The translations under genes were made by a program, and so were the position numbers. 64,000 nt of DNA. It comes from an uncultured SAR86 cluster bacterium. GTDB taxonomy: Bacteria > Pseudomonadota > Gammaproteobacteria > Magnimaribacterales > AG-339-G14. The stretch spans positions 131,680-195,679 of the forward strand of contig CACJUN010000001.1 of NCBI GenBank assembly GCA_902596665.1, in the 5' to 3' direction. Positions 58,566 through 64,000 of the stretch are shown here, piece by piece. The notes under the pieces are model-generated. The model saw only the letters and a program-made list of their open reading frames with translations, was not told where the DNA came from and searched no databases. The first letter of the stretch is position 1. Every line of letters starts with the position of its first letter.

Positions 58566-59301
58566 ATATAACTACTTCGGATCCAGGATCTTTGTAAACA
58601 TTTATATTGTTACTTTTAAAAATTCCCAAATTTTCTTTTCCAATTTTTAGAAAATAGCTTATCAAGCCTTTTGTTTCTGCTGGATCAGATCCTTGAATCA
58701 TGATGTTTTTACATTCAAGTTCTTTTAATATTTCTAGAGTAGTTTCAGAGGAATTTGAAAGAGGCAGCAAGCCAAGAATTTTAACCTCCTCGGTGGTAAG
58801 AATAGCGCAATCAGCTTTTAAATTTTTTTGTTTGATACGAGAGGGCTTATCAACATGACTTTCAAAATATAAAACCTTGCCTCCTTGAACTATCTCAAAA
58901 CTAAAAGTCCAAAGATAATTATAGGGAAAACCAGCATCATGAGCTTTGATTGTAAGATCACCAATGTTTTTTTGGATACCATTTTTTAATATTTCAATAT
59001 TATTAAACCCAAGTTTCTTTAATTTTTTTTCTGAAGGTTTGCTAGTTAGGACCAGCGTACTAGGATCAAATCTTTTCAAACTTTTTTCATGAAAATGATC
59101 TTCAAAAGGAGCACTTATCAATATGCATTTTACTTTACTGATCATCTCATCGGTGATGAGAGCATTTTCATTTCTGGCGCGGTTTATGAAGAAATTTGAT
59201 TTAGGTTGCATTACCTTATCAAGCCAAGGATCTATTATTATTGAGACATCATCAGACTCTATATACCAAGACTGATAATCATCAATTTTTTTAATCTTCA
59301 T
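58564..59301 (-). CDS. MBL-fold metallo-hydrolase-like protein
   Basis: IIIDPWL, ILISAPFEDHFH (atypical HxHxDH), YFESH. Confidence 0.7.
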   Translation of the reverse strand: MKIKKIDDYQSWYIESDDVSIIIDPWLDKVMQPKSNFFINRARNENALITDEMISKVKCILISAPFEDHFHEKSLKRFDPSTLVLTSKPSEKKLKKLGFNNIEILKNGIQKNIGDLTIKAHDAGFPYNYLWTFSFEIVQGGKVLYFESHVDKPSRIKQKNLKADCAILTTEEVKILGLLPLSNSSETTLEILKELECKNIMIQGSDPAETKGLISYFLKIGKENLGIFKSNNINVYKDPGSEVVI

Positions 59302-59337
59302 GAATCAAATTATTCTAAGATCATTATTACCTAAAGC

Positions 59338-59694
59338 ATGGAAAGTATATTAGAAAATATATTCGTTTTCGAAGATTTATCACTTAGAGGATTTGTCTTT
59401 GGCTTTGTCCATGTTGCATTGATTCTTATAGGTTATTACACAGGATGGAGTATTAATAGATTTTTGAAGATTCTCTCAAAAGGTTATATAGCCAGCATAA
59501 TAGGAGCTGCTAGTGCTCACGTAATAGCTGATTTAGTAGCATCCCTTATTGATCCATCAATCCGACCTATGACTACAGGCATTCTGGTAGGCGGAATTAT
59601 TCCCCTATTATTGATACCGATTTTTGAAAAGTATGTTGTGAAAAGCGATGATCACATAATGGTAGGGGATCACGAGGATATAAAAAGGATTTAG
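59338..59694 (+). CDS. small three-TM membrane protein
   Basis: Hydrophobic segments with intramembrane His/Asp; His/acidic tail. Confidence 0.7.
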   Translation: MESILENIFVFEDLSLRGFVFGFVHVALILIGYYTGWSINRFLKILSKGYIASIIGAASAHVIADLVASLIDPSIRPMTTGILVGGIIPLLLIPIFEKYVVKSDDHIMVGDHEDIKRI

Positions 59695-59719
59695 AACAAG
59701 AACATTCTTGAAAGCAATA

Positions 59720-60637
59720 CTAACTAAATCTTCCCGAGACCATTTCTAAGAAAATCTTTGCTACTTGCGGTTTTATCCACTTTTTATTTATAGCAATCAT
59801 CGCATTTAGTTTTTCTGGATAATTTTTAATAGGGATAGTTCTAAGCTGCTCTTTTGAATTCAGTAAATCGAATTCATAAAAAATTCCGATGCCATTTCCT
59901 TTTTCAACCATTCTCAAGTGAAGATTTTGATCTGCTGAAACCAAAGAGACTCTATCAACAATATCAGAATAAGGAACTTCTTCTCCTATTTCCTTTTCAT
60001 AAAAATTATGGAACCAAGCTGGAGGAAGCGTTGTATAAATATTATGATCAAAAATCTTTTCAATTGATATTTCAGTTTCATTAAAAATCTTATGATCATC
60101 TCTGGCATAAAACTTTGGTGCATTAATTTTTATAGGAATCACATCTAAAGTAGCTAAATTTTTATTTGAGTCTGGTCGTATGATGCGTTGATCATAACTA
60201 ATGAGAATATCAAATTTATTAGCCTTTAACTGTGCAACACCGGAATAAGTTGAGAGATAAAAAAATCTATATTTAATATCTGGATATATTCCCATCATTT
60301 CAGAAATAATAGGTTCAAGAATGGTCCCAGACAGGTAAGGATCTAAGCCAATTTTCAATAAGCCTGCATCTGAATTATTGATTAAACTTATTTGATTAAC
60401 GATCTTTTCCTCAATATCAACTATCTCATCTGTTAGAGAAAGTAGCATCTCACCGTACACAGTAGGTTTAGTTTTGCCATTCTCTCTTTGAAAAAACTTT
60501 ACGCCGTAATGATTTTCTAATTTTTTTATATTTTGGCTCAGAGCAGATTGGGTTAGACCGATGCTTTTTGAGGCTTTTCCAAATGATTCATGCTTAATTA
60601 AAGCTTGCGCTGATTTAAATAATTTAATGCTGCTCAT
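59720..60637 (-). CDS. LysR-family transcriptional regulator
   Basis: SFGKASKSIGLTQSALSQNIKKLE...FFQR, KPTVYG; about 300 aa. Confidence 0.9.
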   Translation of the reverse strand: MSSIKLFKSAQALIKHESFGKASKSIGLTQSALSQNIKKLENHYGVKFFQRENGKTKPTVYGEMLLSLTDEIVDIEEKIVNQISLINNSDAGLLKIGLDPYLSGTILEPIISEMMGIYPDIKYRFFYLSTYSGVAQLKANKFDILISYDQRIIRPDSNKNLATLDVIPIKINAPKFYARDDHKIFNETEISIEKIFDHNIYTTLPPAWFHNFYEKEIGEEVPYSDIVDRVSLVSADQNLHLRMVEKGNGIGIFYEFDLLNSKEQLRTIPIKNYPEKLNAMIAINKKWIKPQVAKIFLEMVSGRFS

Positions 60638-60729
60638 CTATATATAAGTAAGGTTAATAATGAAAATTAGGAAATTTAATTATAAGTAAAACTACTATAG
60701 TATCAATTTAAATAACTAATATTAATTAG

Positions 60730-61380
60730 CTAATGATTATGAATATGTGGAGGATGGTCGTTTTCAAAAGTTCCCTCAGGCGGTCCGTAATCTATTCCCG
60801 AAAGAGTCATATTGGTGATTACACTGTTCCCATTTTTGGCACTGTTGACAGTATAAAAATTCCCATCGCTAAAAACAGAACCGGTGATTAAAAAACTTCC
60901 TGCAACAATTGTTGAATTACCTACATCATCTTGACTGAAAGACTTAACCACTTTATTGCCTATTTTCATTTCAAGCTTACCGATATTAAGCTCTAAGGTT
61001 TTATTATCTTGGACATCAATCAAGACTTTGTCGCCAACAATTAAATCTGCAACTGTTGATTTGAAGTTAGTCATCAAGAGGAATGCATCAGAGTTTGCAT
61101 CTTGCACATTGTAATCTTCAGGTATTTGAATAGTTTTTACTTCGTGAGTTATTGGGGTAGTTCTATTACTGAATTTTGTAACATCTCCATTAAATGAGGC
61201 GTCATCCTCAGCTATTGAAACCGAAATCTCTTTCCCATTAATTCTTTTTGTTTGAAAATTGTACTTATCAGCAAGGTTAACCGGAAAAATTTCTTTTACT
61301 GCAATCTTTTCTTCATCCTCATTAAAGTAAAAATAAAGACCCAAAGAAATTAATAGAAAAAGGATTATAGCTTTTATCAT
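60730..61380 (-). CDS. N-terminally anchored periplasmic protein, putative protease prodomain/chaperone (CpaB-like)
   Basis: N-terminal TM, beta-rich LIVGDKVLI...ITGSVFS.G.FYTV, C-terminal DHPPHIHNH; abuts the protease stop. Confidence 0.55.
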   Translation of the reverse strand: MIKAIILFLLISLGLYFYFNEDEEKIAVKEIFPVNLADKYNFQTKRINGKEISVSIAEDDASFNGDVTKFSNRTTPITHEVKTIQIPEDYNVQDANSDAFLLMTNFKSTVADLIVGDKVLIDVQDNKTLELNIGKLEMKIGNKVVKSFSQDDVGNSTIVAGSFLITGSVFSDGNFYTVNSAKNGNSVITNMTLSGIDYGPPEGTFENDHPPHIHNH

Positions 61381-64000
61381 TTACTGTACTAATGGATCTA
61401 AAGGAGCACTATCAAATTGATCTGATACTCCATCGTTATCATCATCATCTTCGCCAACAAAATTATTATCCATTCCATCACCATCTGTATCTACTGAGAC
61501 AAGTTGCCAAACTTCGCCGTGATGTTCAAATTGAGCGATACCAACTTCTGGATGAAGGTAGAACTTATTAAAATAAGATGCGCTTTCTTTTGCATCACTG
61601 CTGTATTGCTGTTGAACTAGCATAAATGTGATGTAGTCACCGTAAGGAGTACTTACAGCTTGGTATCTATTTTCAATACCTGAAAAGGCAGGAAGGTTAT
61701 ATGGCAAAGATTCTTTAGCATACTCAGTTGGATCTTTACCCTTGAATGTATGAACAGCTAAAAAGCCTCCTGCAACTCCGTTCCACCTATCGACAAGATA
61801 TTCGAATCCTTTAAAAGCACAATCAAACTCTTGGTAGTGACCAGGAGAGAAGGTTGCACTAAGAAAAGGACATCCTAATGAAGAGTCGAGATCATATCTT
61901 AAGGCTGGACCTCCTTGATAAATTGGTCTCAAATTAGATCCATCGCTAGCAGGCCAATTTTTATTATCGTCATAAGCAGAGAGAAAATAGTGACCTTCAG
62001 GGCTTATTCTAAATCTAAACACGGTTTGAGAAGGATCGTAAAATCCAGCCCAGCGTGGTTCTTCGCCTTCAATAAAATCTCCATGGCCAAGAGCTCCCAC
62101 AGGGCAGTTATGCTTGGTAGGATGCCTGTTATCATCGAAATTATCACAAATCTCTTGTCTGGTAGAGCAGTGTTTAGCATAAGAAATATATCCACAATAT
62201 TCTTTGCCAAGATCTTCTACAAATCTAAATTCTTGATATGAAGTACCATCAATCGTTACTGGATCGTCTTCGATAACGAGCATTCTTTTTGTTCTTTGTC
62301 CGTTAGTGAAGGTGTATTCACCACCATCAATCAAAGGAAATAACATTCTTGATGATACAGCCGGAGAGGTCGCGGATGAATCGTATCTATCCATATCAAC
62401 CTGATTATTACCGGCAACTTCACCAGCCAGTTGAGCTTCTTTGTGTTCCCAAAGATTGGCGTAGTAATAAGACCACTCGTTAAATAAATCTCTTGCCATC
62501 TCTCCGCCGCTATCAACACTGCTGTCGTAGATATTTCCATCCTCATTTCCATCCACTGGAGGTTTTTGACAGACGATTGGTTCACTGTTCAAATCATCGT
62601 TAGGTACACAAGTTCTTGAAGAACTTGTTTCCATAACAGTTGAAGAGCTATGAGATTGAGTAATAACCTGATCCGGAGGAACTTTCATACTACCTCCACC
62701 ATTCATAAGAGTATCTTTTCCTATATTTTCAAAGTTTACTCCAGCACATAAAGACCCTTTTGGACTTGTATTACTGTTTTCCGGCCTATTATGTGCAGCA
62801 CACATTGTATGACCGATTTCATGCCATAGAGTATCTATATAGTCATACCACAAAACAGGAGCTATCTCTGGAGCCATGCTTCCTGGCACCATGTTTTCTT
62901 GTTCTTCGGGATTGTTACCTGTACTAAAGCCTGAAAGTATATTGATGCCTTCCCAAGTTGCGAGAAAATTAGCATCGGTATCCCAATCCCTTTTGCTGCC
63001 AGCTACACCGCTAACAGGAGCTTTAGGATTATTGTTTTCTAAATTAGTCATTAAAACCATATGAAAATCTGCTTCTACCGCGTCATGCGCTGCTCTTCTT
63101 TGATTGAGTGCTTCGTTACATTGATCTGTTTCAAACACATATTCTTCGTAATTGGTGCAACCGTTTGAATACCATAAAGGGAAATAAGGGTGATCGAGAG
63201 AATCTTCAGAAATCGGAGCGTCCCAAAAATCTGATCCCACAATGTTCCATTCAAGTTTAATCCTCTGATTGACGTACATCTCATTGATCACCTCAAACAT
63301 GAAGGCTGCTCTGGTATCCATAGCAGATTTACCTGCTTCTCCATCACCAAAGTGAACTTGACTATCCTTGGAATACCATAAATAAACATTGGCCACTTTA
63401 GGCGGGGCAGCTTCAGCAGCTGCCTGAGCAGCTGCATCTTCAGCAGCAATCTCAGCTTGTTGAGCCTCATAATCAGCTACCATTTGTTCAGCCAGACTCA
63501 ATGGTTCAGGTTCAGGGGGAGAATTTTCGACTAACTCCGCAATGACTTCATTAACATTTTCATTTTCGTTAGCGCTTGCCAAGTCGGTATCTTCAATATC
63601 CTCAGCAGTGATTTCATCGCCAGCAGCTTGAATCACTATATCAACACTAGCTTGAAGTTCATCATTATTCGAGGCCGACCAATTGATGTCATCACTTTCA
63701 TCTACAGCTAGTCCTGAATCTGGTATCTGAGAGCTCAAATCCTGAGAAAGTATCGGTGCTTCATTAACTTTTAATCTTGTTGCATCAATACTTAAAGTTG
63801 CAGATAAAGTCTCAACAATCGATTCTGCGTTATATGAATCAATTTTTTCATCCGAAGCAGTACCCTCAACTATTTCAACTACATCGCTTAAAAAAGTAGT
63901 CACCCCAAAGGATAAGACCGCTTTAGTTGTTTCATCATCTTGATCGGCAGATATGGTGGAAACTAAATTCGCTACGGCATTTACAACGTTTGATAACTTA
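61381..64000 (-). CDS. large acidic secreted metzincin (reprolysin/M12B-like) with TSP3-like C-terminus; 5' end outside the window
   Basis: HEIGHTMCAAH (62791-62823), Met-turn DTLM, DTDGDG...DDDNDGVSDQFDSAP.DP. Frame stays open from the track start (63903) to the window edge. Confidence 0.8.
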   Translation of the reverse strand, partial: KLSNVVNAVANLVSTISADQDDETTKAVLSFGVTTFLSDVVEIVEGTASDEKIDSYNAESIVETLSATLSIDATRLKVNEAPILSQDLSSQIPDSGLAVDESDDINWSASNNDELQASVDIVIQAAGDEITAEDIEDTDLASANENENVNEVIAELVENSPPEPEPLSLAEQMVADYEAQQAEIAAEDAAAQAAAEAAPPKVANVYLWYSKDSQVHFGDGEAGKSAMDTRAAFMFEVINEMYVNQRIKLEWNIVGSDFWDAPISEDSLDHPYFPLWYSNGCTNYEEYVFETDQCNEALNQRRAAHDAVEADFHMVLMTNLENNNPKAPVSGVAGSKRDWDTDANFLATWEGINILSGFSTGNNPEEQENMVPGSMAPEIAPVLWYDYIDTLWHEIGHTMCAAHNRPENSNTSPKGSLCAGVNFENIGKDTLMNGGGSMKVPPDQVITQSHSSSTVMETSSSRTCVPNDDLNSEPIVCQKPPVDGNEDGNIYDSSVDSGGEMARDLFNEWSYYYANLWEHKEAQLAGEVAGNNQVDMDRYDSSATSPAVSSRMLFPLIDGGEYTFTNGQRTKRMLVIEDDPVTIDGTSYQEFRFVEDLGKEYCGYISYAKHCSTRQEICDNFDDNRHPTKHNCPVGALGHGDFIEGEEPRWAGFYDPSQTVFRFRISPEGHYFLSAYDDNKNWPASDGSNLRPIYQGGPALRYDLDSSLGCPFLSATFSPGHYQEFDCAFKGFEYLVDRWNGVAGGFLAVHTFKGKDPTEYAKESLPYNLPAFSGIENRYQAVSTPYGDYITFMLVQQQYSSDAKESASYFNKFYLHPEVGIAQFEHHGEVWQLVSVDTDGDGMDNNFVGEDDDDNDGVSDQFDSAPLDPLVQ

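Noticed and set aside
58564-59301. Degenerate MBL metal motif (SAPFEDHFH) as a pseudo-enzyme
   Set aside because: Similar S...EDHxH variants are recalled from an existing MBL-fold subfamily, so this is probably not novel.
59677-59711. Possible one-base loss in an A5 run; the shifted frame would end DIKKDLEQEHS*
   Set aside because: It affects only the last few residues and cannot be separated from a genuine stop or a sequencing error without homologs or reads.
60638-60729. TATAAGTAA direct repeat and T-N11-A candidates upstream of the LysR gene
   Set aside because: The region is so AT-rich that such matches are expected by chance.
48053-64000. tRNA-Glu as the attachment site of a genomic island
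   Set aside because: No integrase and no repeat of the tRNA 3' end were seen downstream in the window; the adjacent glnK-amtB are core-type genes.
1-64000. CRISPR arrays, IS elements, prophage genes, rRNA and the many short overlapping ORFs in the track
   Set aside because: No spaced direct repeats, transposase or phage hallmarks, or rRNA-like sequence were seen. The short ORFs lie within well-supported genes and have no recognisable motifs.

Overview
AT-rich, very tightly packed gammaproteobacterial chromosome segment. Gene content and style (proteorhodopsin without retinal genes, TonB receptor, lipid-catabolism genes, minimal intergenic DNA) suggest a streamlined marine SAR86-like lineage; this taxonomy is inferred. 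About 1-48 kb is mostly housekeeping: rimM-trmD-rplS, xerD-dsbC, hom-thrC, frameshifted prfB, lysS, nrdAB, rpoE-rseA-degP-lepA-lepB-rnc-era-recO-acpS-adk, plsB, yajC-secDF and two tRNAs, with lipid/organic-acid catabolism genes interspersed. About 48-64 kb is a nitrogen/accessory region. Best hunt results: (1) directly after glnK-amtB, a glnA-type glutamine riboswitch with a large multi-stem insertion in P3, in front of a 53-aa triple-YRG (DUF4278-like) peptide gene missing from the ORF track; (2) a secreted metzincin followed by a membrane-anchored, His-tailed prodomain-like gene (CpaA/CpaB-like pair); (3) a three-DnaA-box plus IHF-site locus with DARS-like geometry; (4) an lvaCAB-like module. 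No CRISPR array, IS element or prophage was seen. All family assignments come from motif recognition and recall, not database searches.
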